Of a DNA stretch of 64,000 bases, positions 46,471 through 59,400 are shown piece after piece. The notes below the pieces were generated by a model. It saw only the letters and a list, made by a program, of their open reading frames with translations, was not told where the DNA came from and searched no databases. The stretch spans positions 405,242-469,241 of the forward strand of contig NW_005434622.1 in the NCBI RefSeq assembly GCF_000315625.1, read 5' to 3'. Origin of the DNA: Guillardia theta CCMP2712. Taxonomy: Eukaryota > Protista > Cryptophyta. The position numbers and the translations under genes are program-made. Position 1 is the stretch's first letter; each line of letters opens with the position of its first letter.

Positions 46471-48179
46471 ATGGAAGTGATCGCAAATCCACCGATGTGG
46501 CAGCCCGTCCAGAGCGCAGGAACGCTGACGTCCACTACTTCGGCTCAGCTTTCGCCATCAATTGGTCCACTGTCACCAGTGAGCACGACGTATACCAATG
46601 TTCAGACGTTGTCTCCCCAAGTGACGCTGATTCCGTCGACATCTGTAGTCTACACTCAGGTTGAAGATCTTCGTTATTTGAACGCTATTTTAATTTCGTC
46701 GCCAGTCAATCGCAGAGAACAGTTTGAGATCTCTGCTTGATGAAAAGCATCGTGAAGGAGAGATGTTGAAGCGCGAGTGCTATGAGCTGAGGGAGAGGCT
46801 GAATGAATCTCAACGAGTGATCCGTCCTCTTCAGGGAGAAAATGAATTGTTGAAGAGAGAGCAGCAAGCTCAGTCGGAACGGTTCGTTAGATCTCACGAA
46901 CATTTGTCTTTCTAAAACTTTCTATCAGCATGGCAGTACTGGTCAGCGAGAGGATTCAGATGGAACTGCAAGTTTCCAACCAGAAGCAGCAGTTGGGGAT
47001 TATGGAAACTCAGATTTCCAAGACGAGGGCTGAAATGTCTCATTTTGAACAATTACTTGTTAATGTGCAGCAAGAAAATTCTGAACTCGGCGAGATCCTC
47101 AATCGAACTCGCGATGACAACGCAAAGTTGCTCTTGGAGATTCAAGCTAGAGACCAGGAGATCAAGCTGTTGAAAGATGACCTTTCCGCTGCCACACCAG
47201 TTCTCAATGATTTGAGGTAGTTTAACTTGCGTTGCATCGCTCTTGTTGCATCAGCATCTTATCCATGGTTAACTTTTTATTGGCAGAAAGCAGCTAGAGG
47301 TTGCAGTGATGGAGCTTGGACCTTTGAGACAAGAGGTTCCTGTACTCCGCAATGACAACAAAATCCAAGCGGCAGAAATCGAAAGGTTGAAGGCCGAGAT
47401 TGATAGGCTTCAACAGCAATTGAGGGTACCCTTTAAAAACTGGTTTGTGTGCTCAGCACGTAATCAAAATCAACAAAACAGGAAAAGAAAGAGAAAGTCA
47501 GCTTGAAAGCTGCAGCTCCTGCCCCAATGGCTCCTCCAAAGGCAATCAACGAACCTGGATGCCATGGGCTGAAGTGAGTGTCGTAGATGTGCGGCGTTGG
47601 CATGCTTTTGGGCAAGTTCGATGGTTCTGGAGATCGTCGTGGTACCATGAAATGCTGCTTATCTCGGGTTCGATGACATCTTGTGCTCAGGGAAGATTTA
47701 CGTGTTGAAACTTGTTCCTGGTGGGCCGGCTGCCATGTGCGGACAGATCCAGGTAAATTCTATACCTTCGTAGCAAAGGAAATTCGTTATTGCTGCTTAG
47801 CCGGAAGATATCCTCCACCGTGTCGATTCCAATGTTGTCGATGGCTGGGAGTTGGATCAAGTCTTCAAAGTCATCAGAGGTCCTGAGGGCTCGCCAGTAC
47901 GTTGTTTCTACTTGGTGTAGCAAATTTTCGTGTGAAACATGCGTCAGGTCACGCTTGAATTCGGAAGAATGCATGGAAACCAGGAGAGCCGATACCGCTT
48001 GACACTGTATGTGAAAAGTATATGAAGAACTGAAGGTTAACTTGACGTTGCACAATAGCTTTCGCCAAGACGTCAGTGCAAACGCTCAGGCGATGGATCG
48101 CTCCAGCGAAAGCGCGGAAAGCAATTCATACTATTACAATAAGCCGAATGTTGGCGGCGATGCTACATACTACGGGTGA
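46471..48179 (+). CDS. Coiled-coil protein with C-terminal PDZ domain, multi-exon
   Basis: Heptad-rich exons, then LRVETLVPGGPAAMCGQIQ|PEDILHRVDSNVVDGWELDQVFKVIRGPEGSP|VTLEF; stop at 48177-48179. Confidence 0.78.
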
Positions 48180-48285
48180 TCTGAATTTCGGATGGTGATG
48201 ACTGAATAAGTAACTGTGATCACAGGCAAAACTACAACCAGTCCGCTTGGGCGCGTAGTGATGAGGAATACATGCGTGCTGCTTT

Positions 48286-50800
48286 TTAATGTAGACAAGC
48301 AGGTATTTCTGGATTTTTGGTGAGAAGATCTTCCGCTGATGTGTCGCTAGGTGCTTCAATAGCGAGACTAGTGCTCCAATCGTTTTTGTTAGTCATCTTT
48401 ACGAAACTCTACATCGTGATGATCAGAAAAATTTGAATTGAAAATAACGTCTGTTGTTAAGTCGTTGCGATAGTTGGTCCATTCAAATTCATGTCGCATC
48501 GACTCGATCAACGTCTGCCCGTCGCCCGAATACCTTCAAGTTCAAAGTTATTCATGCCGCGATGACATAGCACTACTCACTGATTGTAAGCTGAACCATC
48601 CAATAAGCTCTGAGCTTGATCTCCTGTGTCGAGTCCGAGTCGTAGGAAATCAATCTTCGCCCTGGATTGAAGTCAATCATGCTGTCGTAAAGCAGTGAAC
48701 TAGAATACAAGACAAGAAGCTCCACTGGCGTTTTTGAAACTACGGATGAAGTGCGCGTAGACTTGGTAATCATCGATCGCTCACCAAAATATTGACCCTT
48801 CCATAGCTCTCGTATTTCCAAGATCACCTAAGAGTTTCACCAACCAGAATATCACATGATCGTGATTTAGACGGCTACAAAGAAAGCTAAGTTTCGTACC
48901 TTCTTAGCACCTTCAAGTTCATCTCCTTCAAACTCATACATCCTATGGCTTGTGGATTTTGCCTTGTTCAATGCCACTTGTTCTTGCGCCATATTGTCAG
49001 AACAGTGTTTGGAAAGCTGAGTTTTCAGCATCTTTGAACGATTTCTGTGTTCAGAAGATAAATTTCTGGTTGAATCTTTCTTCAAAGAGGTTTTGAAAGC
49101 TTGCTTGTGGATCTGCTCTGTCCACGATATGAATCAGAGTTCGCAAATCATCAGGAAGATCATTACTAATTTCATATGAAGTTCGTTCCGTCAAGAGTGG
49201 TGGTTCTCTCCAAAGAGGACATCTTCAAGAATTTCAGTGTTCTGATTTCAGCATGATCTGTCTAAGACCTCCAGGAATTTAATCCAAAGACAGGTGTCTT
49301 GCCGAGAGCCAAAGATGCTGATGTCGTGCGCCTTTTCTCAATGAATGGATTAGGGTTTGATGAATGCTGTGAGAGAGGAAAAGGCATTTTGGGTGCTTTC
49401 AGAATCGTTAATACTTTTGCTGGGACTGCAATCTCGCGTAAAACCCTGCACACTCCTTTCTGCAAAGAATTTCAATGATAGCGAAAACGACAGGAAGAAA
49501 AGTGCCTCAAGGATGAAGAATTCTTTTGGTATGGCCCCTTGTTTTACGATGATCTGATGACGAGACAGAGAATCAATGAAAAACAAGCTATCAGGTCATA
49601 GAGCACTTACTTTATTTGAAGGCAGATATCTCTTCTGCAGCAACTTTGCCAATTGCAGTCGCTTGCTTTCGGTCCAATCAGAGAAAGGAAAAATTGATTT
49701 GAGAAATCGTGATCTGAAGGGAAAACTCCGAATTCAAAATATTTCGATACGATCGCTTCATAACCTTTGAATCATGTGCTGCTCCTTGTGAATTCTCATC
49801 ACCATCTCATAATCATATCGATTCAGACAAAGAATTGAAGCTCCATCACTACTAGGCTCTCAGATTCAGCTCTTCACCAAAACAATCATACCTCTCTACT
49901 TTCAAGTCTTTGTTCCAGATGCTTGACTTCAAGAACTCGTTTCCAACACAGTCCCCTGCATATAATCGGGATGCTACTTCGTTTCCTCTTTCATCTTGTA
50001 GAACGAGGATTCCGTCAAGGATGACGTAAAAGTTGTCGATCGGAAAATCAACCTGGGTAGAACCGGTAAAGGTCACAACTGACCGATATGCAGCTTTTGA
50101 TAGGGAGGCTAACCGACTCTATGACAGCTCCTTTGGGGTATTCTTTAAGGCGGAAGTAGCGCAGCAACTCTCGCATCACTTCAGTCTTCATGGCTGCTTC
50201 AGGCGGCAACGATTCTATCCAAGACTGACTTCTCACGGGGCCGATGGCTCCATCCAAGTCCAGCTCTGAACGCTGCAATGAAGAAATGTCACAGAGGAAT
50301 CAAGACATCAAACAGATATCTTCACTTGTTTTGGTAATTTTGCAAAAGTAGCCATGACGAAGTGTGGAAGCTTGCTCCTGCTCGTGTTTTCCATGGAAGC
50401 CATAATGTCGTCAAGATATTTGTTTACCAAAGCTGATCCCTGCCTTTGTGCTACCTCAGACTTTGTTAACTTGCTCTCATATGCTGCATAAGGGTCGACA
50501 TCGCTGCTTTGGAGTGAGTTTGACCTCTTCAACCTTGCTCGTCTCATACGTCTGGACTTTTCTTTTGAATTCACCATCCAACGGTGATAGATTCTCTTGA
50601 AAACGTCAAGGGTGAGGTTGTGAGTCAGCCATTGCCTCGTAGGCTTGTTGTCTTCCTTGGAAGCATCTGTGCTGGTGAATGACGTACTCCGACTGAACCG
50701 ATGCATGAGTGGTTCACAGACTACGGTCAGCAACAGTTGAACTTGATGTCGGCGATCTGCTGGACTTGAATGCTGTCAGTGTATCGTCCCGCTTGCCGTC
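48286..50800 (-). CDS. Protein with two cyclic-nucleotide-binding domains (CNBD2-like), multi-exon
   Basis: LKEYPKGAVI..DNFYVILDG..RLYAGDCVGN and IIVKQGAIPKEFFIL..ELWKGQYFGE..TRTSSVVSKTPVELLVL; ends approximate. Confidence 0.75.
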
Positions 50801-50980
50801 GTCTCCCTCTCATCAAGCTCTCAGCGACGGTCCGGCCATTGAGCTACCAGGCAACGGTCCGACCCGGTTCCCAGGGCTCAGTAGTTCCGACAGACGGTTT
50901 AAAACTGTTGAAGTAAGCCTGCCTCAGCGGACTCTTTGTGTAAGAGGGGGGATGCGGTACTGTGCGATTTCACGTGAGCT

Positions 50981-53408
50981 ATGAAGAAGTTCACAGTCCA
51001 GGTATGCGGCGTAGAGCGGAGCGATCGAGAAAGGGAGGGATAGAGGAAGGGAGAAGGGGGAAGGAAGAAAAGGGGGCGGGAGGGAGGGATGTTGACTTCT
51101 TTCTGACATGACGCGATGACAACAGGCGCCTTGCATCGGGATAGATTTAGGATTGAAATATTCGAGAGTTGCGATTGTGAAGAATGATAAACCAGAGGTC
51201 ATCGCAAATGCTCAAGGCGCTCATTCTACTCCGTCTGTTGTAGCCTTTAATGAGAACGAGACATTAGGTGAAGATTATGTGGGGTTTCTCTTCAACACGG
51301 TACTGATAACAAAAACTAATGCAGTGGGTGAAGTAGCGTACAATTTTGGAACGAAGAATCCTACAAATACTGTCTTCGATGCCAAGAGGTTTCTGGGACG
51401 AAATCAGGATGATGAGGTTTTGTCGTCAGAGGGGAAGCGATGGCGTTTCAATGTCATGTACAAAGAGCAGAAGCCAGTTTTCCAGGTATGACGTGTGCGA
51501 AGATGTCCTCATAAAGATGATGATTGGAAGGTGCCGTACAACGGATCCCCCACAAACTTCACCCCAGAGCAGATTTGTGGTCAAATCTTTGCGAACCTGA
51601 AGTCTACAGCAGAAGTCATTTAAGCAGCTCGGATTGATCCAATCTCATCCTAATGCAGGCGTACATGCATACCAACATCAGGAATGCAGTGCTTTGCTGT
51701 CCAGCTCATTTCACGTCACAACAAAGGGAGGAGTTGATACATTCTGCATGTGAGTTCAAATGCCTGAGAACTCTGTGTGACGAAGGCGATGCAGCTAGCG
51801 CCAACCTCTCAGTCCTGTTGGTAATTAGCAAACCTGTAAGACATAGATAGAGCTCAATTGAGATCTAAGTGGATTTTTCAGATCGCAACTGCTATCGCAT
51901 ACGATCTCGATAAAAATGACTCGGGTCAGCAAACAATCCTAATTTTCAGTATGGGTGCAAGGTGAATGAATTTGTGATGAATCATTAAGTAACATTTCTT
52001 GTACCATGCAGATCGTGTGAAGTGGTGGTTCTTGATGTAAATACGGGATGCTTTCAAGAGCGGAGTGTGAAAGTAGATCATTCTCTTGGAGGCGACGCGA
52101 TCGACGACATACTTGTATGCTGCTCTCGTTGTTGAACGCAAAAGTGACATATCATCATATTGATACCTTGGTTCTCATCAGGTGGACTGGTTTGTCGATC
52201 AATTCAAGAGGAAGCACAAGCTCGATCCATCCGAGAGCCATAGGTGACAGATGCTCGCACGTATTTGTCGCATCTTAAATGTCTCTCATCAGATCACTCT
52301 TCAAGATTAGATCGGGATGTGAAAATGCAAAGCGACAACTTAGTCAGACGGTTGCTTTATTTACACATCTGTAGATACGATCTAAAAGTGGTTGCTTTGC
52401 CTCACAGGCCAGCACTCGCGTAGAGGTCGAGTCTGCGCATGAAGGTCTAGACTTCTCTCAGAACTTGTCAAGGGCAAAGTTTGAAGAAATGGTAGCAAGG
52501 ACATGAAAATCGACTCTTGCTAATTCTGAACAGATATCTCCCGTCCTAGCTAAAATCGGATCGTTGATACAAAATGCTCTTACTGCTGCCAATGTTAGGT
52601 AAGCGTCATATCTGCTGTTGTTCAACTTCTCAGGTCTGTGTACAGCGCAGGAAGCATAAACAAAGTCTTGATGGCTGGTGGCTGCTCTCGTATTCCAAAG
52701 GTTCAGTCGATCGTTCAGCAATCCTTGCCTGGTGAGATGAAGTTAATCTGATGTCGTCAGTTCCTAACGCACCCCAGACGTGGAGGTCTGTCTCAACATT
52801 TTGCCTGACGAGGCTGGTGTGCTGGGAACTGCAATCCAAGGAAGCACTCTGGTGGGCTCGTCCTGGAGTACTGCTGAAGCCAACTCATCGAACATCGAGA
52901 TTTCAGCCTTGCCAAGGGTCTGCTGACTTAGCTGTGCCGATCTGGCTGTTATATCTGATTTGCTCTGATGTTCAGACGATATGGCTGGGCACCCCAGAAA
53001 AGAAGAATGCTTATCCGGCTCTTCCTAAGGGAACCAGTCTGCCATGTGATGCTGTGATCAAGCTAGATCTCGAGAGTGCGAACCAGGCTTCAGCTTTCAT
53101 CCAGGTCTCAATCCCTTGTTATCTTTGAGATTCAATTTCATTTCATCTATCTGCCACAGGTATACGAAGAGTCCAGTGAAAGCGTTGAGGGTGAAGAGGT
53201 TCTGGTGGCATCCTTGGCGTTGGATGGGATTGAGCAAGGGCCTGTGTACCTCCATGTGCAGGTAATCAGCTTTCGCAGCTCCTCGCAGGTCTCATCGTCT
53301 TGCCAGGTGGATAGTGAAGGATTATTGTCACTCAATGCAAAAGATTCCTCAGGAACTGCCCGTCATGGCCTGACAGTTGGACCTCTTGAAGAAAACAATA
53401 CAGAGTAG
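50981..53408 (+). CDS. Atypical Hsp70 (Ssz1/HSPA14-like), many short introns
   Basis: CIGIDLG, ANAQGAHSTPSVVAF, NPTNTVFDAKRFLGR, LGGDAID, CENAKRQLS, LSRAKFEE, AGGCSRIPKVQ; short beta-type SBD without lid or EEVD. Confidence 0.85.
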
Positions 53409-53458
53409 AAAATGTGTACATGTTTGTCTAGTCCACACAATGATACAACTTCTAAACA

Positions 53459-56400
53459 TTATCCCATTGGTGGGAGAAGATCTTGTCTCTCCAGACTCCA
53501 TGCTATCAAGGCATCCAAAATGGATGTTCGCATTGCTGAATTCACAAGCATGGCGACAAATGTCGCAATCATCGTCTGAGTCACGCAAAACTCCAAGAGA
53601 ATGTTAGTGATGCTTGCAACCAGCCAGGTCAAGGCCAGGTCTTGATCAAATCCTGATGTGTATGTCATGGTAGCCACCATCATCAAAGCAATCCATAAAA
53701 TGTGAAACAAGTACACTAGAAGAGACCATGACCTTGCGGTGAGCAACGCACAGGTACTTCTACTTCGCCCTTTCCACTTTCCATCTCTCCTTCTGATGGA
53801 GAGTCCAAACACGAACTTCTGCAGGAATGATTTCTGTGGACCCAAAGCAACGAATTCTTTCATCTTCCGTTTGCGAAGCAGACGTCTTTCTTGTGCTTTG
53901 CTCAGCTTTCTGGCTGGTAGACCCAACGGCAATATTAGACCTTCCGACTTGTCGCGAGCTTCTTCTTCATCTCCTTCGTCCTCCTTATTCTCTTGTACAT
54001 TCGCTCGAATTTCTTTAACATTAGAGATGCTAACAGTAGCGGTACGAACTTCAAGATTTGAGATCGCCTTTGATTTCACTGTTGCAAGTTTATTGGGTTC
54101 GTTTTCTGCGTCAGACTCTTTCACGTCGAATGAATGAATTTGGTTCCTTCCATCTGCTTTGAAAATGCGAAATAAAAGAGGGAAAATATGAGAAAGCGGT
54201 GCGACAATGAAAGCGGTTACAACCACAGACAGATACCAATCCCCAATTGAAAGATTTGAGGATGGCAAAAAGGAACCATGAACATTCATTCCTGAGTAGG
54301 CCACGGCCGTGCTCATAAAGATTGTCCCAAAAACGCACAAGAAGCAAAAGAAACGTTCTAGCATTCCGATGTCATCATTGTTCGTTATGACAGTGAATAG
54401 GTAGTGAAATCGATTTAGATATTTTGTTTGAGTGAGCATGTATGCAGCCCGAGCGTCACAAGTTTTACCTGCTAACACCTTTGAATGAACGAGGCCATTT
54501 GTCGGGAAAATCCGATCAGAAAATGGACTCGGTACCTCCATCCCGGAATCATGCCTGATTCTAACATATTTGGCAGAGTGTCTCTCGATCTCACTTTGCT
54601 TCCACAACTTCATTTTCTGTAGGCGTTCCAAGATGAAAGCAAGACTTATCAGCAACAAGCAGAACATTATAGAAACGAATGGAATCAGATTCTGAGTTCT
54701 TTGCTGTTTGACAGAATAAACTACCACTCCAGGATAAACAGATTTCATTCTTACAATCGGGTTTTGAACTTCAGCAATAGAAAATGAACCAACCAAAAAG
54801 TTGAGACATACAGCATAATTCTCTTTCATCTCTCCACTATTTAAATTTCCTACTGAGACCCATCGTTGAACTGTAGAATTCCATACCTTACAAGCTACGA
54901 TTGTCTGTGGTTGCATGATTGAAAAAGGTTTTGCAAAGTACAACTTCGTGAGTATTGGCAAGGGCAGATACCTGAGGCACAAGGTTCTGTTTTCCTGCCG
55001 CATAGATAACTGAGACACATCAGACAGCAAACTCAACCTCATGCTGTAATTAGTCTGGTAGGAGAAGTTATAGTTGTATTTCGTGACAAACGAAACCGTT
55101 GAAACAAACCTCAACCCAGCAATGCCATTCGGACACCAGTCGTTACAAGTTGGTTCCCACCAAGGGCATTGACTTGGCAGAGCGCATGTTTTAGAATTGC
55201 TGTAAACGGATGTAACAGTCATCAAGACGGAATCGGTTGTGACTGGCTCTAGATCGAAAGTCTGCCATTCATATGTGTTTTTCAATTCCACAGTCTGCTC
55301 GCTCCCGTCAGTAAACTTGAGCAGGACCCCTCGATCACCACCAACAATGCAAGTACAATTGAATGTTGATTCTTTACAGGTCAACCCGTTGGTCCCTTTG
55401 CAGTACTTGGGGCCCTCCCGAGCTTTGTATTGCATCATGCTTACCTGCACTTTTTCCTTGAAAACCATCTTGATGAACGATCCTGCTCCTGATGGACTTG
55501 ACAGATCCAAAGGATTCACAGCCCAGCTCAGGTTCCCACCGTCTACTGCATTGATGCATGATGTGTCATGAAAAGACGGACCCTGGGAGCCTTCGTATGC
55601 TGGAGGTGTACAAAGATGATGCGTGCTAGAACAATCGTGCAAAGCAGATGAACACTGAAGCTCGGAAATTCTTCCTTTTGCATATGAAGCCCAGTTCACC
55701 CGTGCTTTTTGTCGTTCAGCTACGACATATGGATTCTGAAAGTACTGATTGATGTTGATGTCTACGAAAGTGATAGCGTTGAAGCTCGCTTGTGATGAAG
55801 GAACAGGTCCAAAAAATTTCGAATACAGAGATGACTCACTCAAAGTGAATGTGGAATGTGGAAAACCATGGTCAAGAAGCGTGCTGGGGTATGGAAAGGT
55901 TCCGTAGGTCAGCCCTCCACTGCAAGAGTAAAATTCCTTTCCATTTCTGAAGAATTCGCTTGGAAATTGAAAAATCGTGGCACCTGCAAGATCAAAGTAA
56001 GTGACAAACAGACTGTGAGATATAGATTACCCTTTACGTTCGAAATGTTGCTACTCCCAAGTGAAGAAGTTGAATTTACTTGAGACGAAGACAGTCTTTT
56101 ACTCTCCATTCGCCTATTGTTTGATACAAAGCCCTTGGTAACTAATGTTAAGAAATCTGATTGAGGAAAGCTGCCTTCTAGAAAGCCAATGGACAACACA
56201 TCTACAAGGTGTATCACTTTGTCCATGATTGCTGAGCATACATTGAGCATGTCGATTGTGATAGCTTCTTGACTCTTGAAAAGCACATATCTCACGAGAT
56301 TGTCAAGAGATTGGCCCACCATTCGAGCGATGTAAGGATTTTCTGCTAGCAGAGTTTTCTCCATCAATAAAGGGCTTAAGACTTTGATGAAGTTATCAAA

Positions 56401-59400
56401 ATCAGCACATGACAGCATACTAGCCCCAGCATCTGATGACGTCGCTATCTGTACTAAGGAGGCCAATACATGGGCACCAAAGGGGTACAATGGAAGCAAT
56501 GATTGCAAATCGAGGATATAATCTATCAATTGCATGTAAACGTTTGAGGCACTCGAAAATCCTCGACTGGTTTGGGAGGTTGAAAGCACCTGAAAGAGTG
56601 TTGACAGCGCAAAGAGTAAGTTTGAGTAAGCCTCGTCGGTGTGCCTCAGGGTGAGATCCGATGCAATCTTGCTACCGATGGTCTCGTTGAAGGTGAGGAG
56701 GAAGTTGGGCTCGAACAGCGGGGAAGGAGGGTTCAAAGTAATGGTCGTCTCGTAGTGTTGCGAGACAGAAAGGAAATCAGAGACCCTCAGTTTTATCTTC
56801 ACTACATGCTGTCTGCTGAAGACGAGGGGCAACGAAACCTGCACTGCAGATCGGATTGAATCCTGCATGGGATAGATCGAGCTGAGATTTCCCATGCCAT
56901 ACTGATATAAAAATTGAAGCGGGAAATCGTCCTGATCACTGAACCAAGTCTCACAGGAGACATGAAAAGCAGTATTTACAGAGTATCCAGAAGTTGGATG
57001 GACCGAAAATTCCATGCATCTAGGCAATTTTAGAAAACCGATAGGGAAAAAAGTGTTGAGTTCTTCACTTGTGATCTGATTTGTGATTGTTAATTTTAAG
57101 AAATATTGCATGTCGTTTCCAAATGTGTATGGATTCAATATCAAGAAGGAATTACTGAACGTTTCCGGAAAAAGAGTTGACAAAGAGTTTGAGAACAAAT
57201 ATTGCTCGACGCAACAATCTGATGATTTGATGGACCATTCATATTTAAACAACGAAATACTGACATTTTCGTTGCTGTAAAATGAAGAAATCACGTTCAG
57301 TTTCGATGGATCAAGAAGGGTTTGAAGTGGAGGTATGATGTTAACACGTGGAAAATCCCAATAACCTGACTTTTTTAACAAGAATATCGTACTGTTTGCA
57401 ATTGTCCACCTAGAATTCTTTGATACATTTACCGAAATGAGGAATGCGCCAGGAATGCATTGCATGCACAAGTACCTTGTATTTTCAAGTGCTCCGGTCA
57501 AATTTACAAAACTGGAATTCCTTTCTAGAATCCCTGTGATATCAAAAAAGCATGGCAGTGGAGAAAGAATGTCAGGAAGGTAAAAACTGCCGTGACGAAA
57601 GGAAATGATCGGTCGGCAACTCCATGAAAACCAAAAGGATTCTTCTGAACGGTCAGGATCAACCGTTGCAGATGCGTCGAACACAATCTGTTGGCCATCG
57701 ATGATGTCACCATACGGTCCTGCCAGATTGACAACAATGGCTTGACTGATAGTGGAGATCGTCAAATTTCCAACCCCAACTACTTTCAAGTTGGCTTCAT
57801 ACCCCGACACAGAAAACTGAAAGACATAAGTTGAATTTGGAAGGAGTGAATAGGGTGGAAGAGAGATGATGGTAGAGTTCAAGTGGATATTTGAGATGTC
57901 GAAAGTAGTCATATTGATGGGAGTCCAACCTATTGAAGCAATATATAAATCTGAAAAATTTTGAACTTGAAATTTAGCACGCAAAATGATTGTTTCGGAA
58001 ACCCTCACTATCTTCGTGTTGCCTTCGGGAAATATGATCGGAATTTCCTTGTTGCTACTCACCATGACATTGAGAATAGTCTCTGTAGAGAGATTGAATC
58101 CATTGGTTGCTCGAATGTTAAGTTTGTTGGATCCAAGTGATAAGAGTCGGCCAGGGATTGAGATATTTCTTGAGTTTGAAGGAATGGCTTCCAGGAACGC
58201 AGCCAACGCATCACTATTGAAAGCTTGAGTCGTCCAAAACAAATTTACTTCTCGCCCCAAACCTCCTGAGTATTGCAAGATCTCAATTTCAGCATTGTTC
58301 CATTGATTGATCTCCAATGGATAAGCTAGAAAAAGTTTTGGAAAGGACTTCAAGTCAACATCGAGATGTACATGTGCGTTCAAGTCGTTGGAACGAGAGT
58401 TCACACCCTTGATATTCGAGATTCTCAATGTTGCCCCTGGGGTCACTTTAGGATTCACTCCCATCACCACTTGTAAATGCATGGCAGACTTAAAGCAACA
58501 AACGGAATTTGTACCAAACAATTTGCATGAATGGATATCAAACATTGTACAACAATCTCGGTCTCCATACAAACCATTCCTTGATATATTCGAGCAAGTT
58601 GCAGTGACAGAACTGCAAGCAAGATTGGTGGGTGCCATGAAAACGACATCAATTCTGTCTCCAGACAAGGTGAATTGTGCATAGTTGACAAGAGGCGCAA
58701 ACTCTTGAACGCTGATTTCAAACCCTGATCCCGGCACCATTTGCAACATGTTGGTCTCAAAGTTTGACCTCATAAAAAGAAAAATCCTGTACAGCCCAGG
58801 AATGGCTATCTTGAAGACTACCTGAGAAACATTAGAAGATGACGTCACATTGTACGAAATTGACACTGAATCTCCACTGCGGTCTTGAACTTGCAGTTCA
58901 AGTTCCTGGTTGAAAGGGCATCTATTTCCAAAAAAATCTCTGCCATGAAAGAAAGCATAAATGCTTTCATTTACAAACGATTCTCTTGGTGGACCTGTGA
59001 AGAAAGAGTTTTTGATATTCGCTTCTTGAGGTTCAAGGGTAATCTCAAATCGAAATTCTAGGGTATCTAATGAGAGAATATTTGAACGCACACTATATGC
59101 TCCAGACTTGGTCACCAAGAACGAAGCTGACATTTTTCTTCTTTTGGAGTCTTGTTCAATGTAAAATGAAATCTGTTTAGAGAATGATGAACCAAGCACT
59201 TCCAACGATGGATATTTCTGAATTTCTTGTGAAAGTAAAACACTTTGATTGGAGTAATCTTTGATGTCGATTTCAAACTCAATCAGCTCTCCAACAACGA
59301 GAATGTTACAGGGAGGGTTGAACGACTGGCTTGACGCAATGCTATACTCGCACAGTTGGCCAGCCTTCTGAGCAAACTTTATGTACATCTGAGTGTTTGA

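Noticed and set aside
55844-55911. Two separate genes or stop readthrough between the 2693-aa and 794-aa ORFs
   Set aside because: A canonical 47-nt GT-AG intron at 55984-56030 restores one continuous frame.
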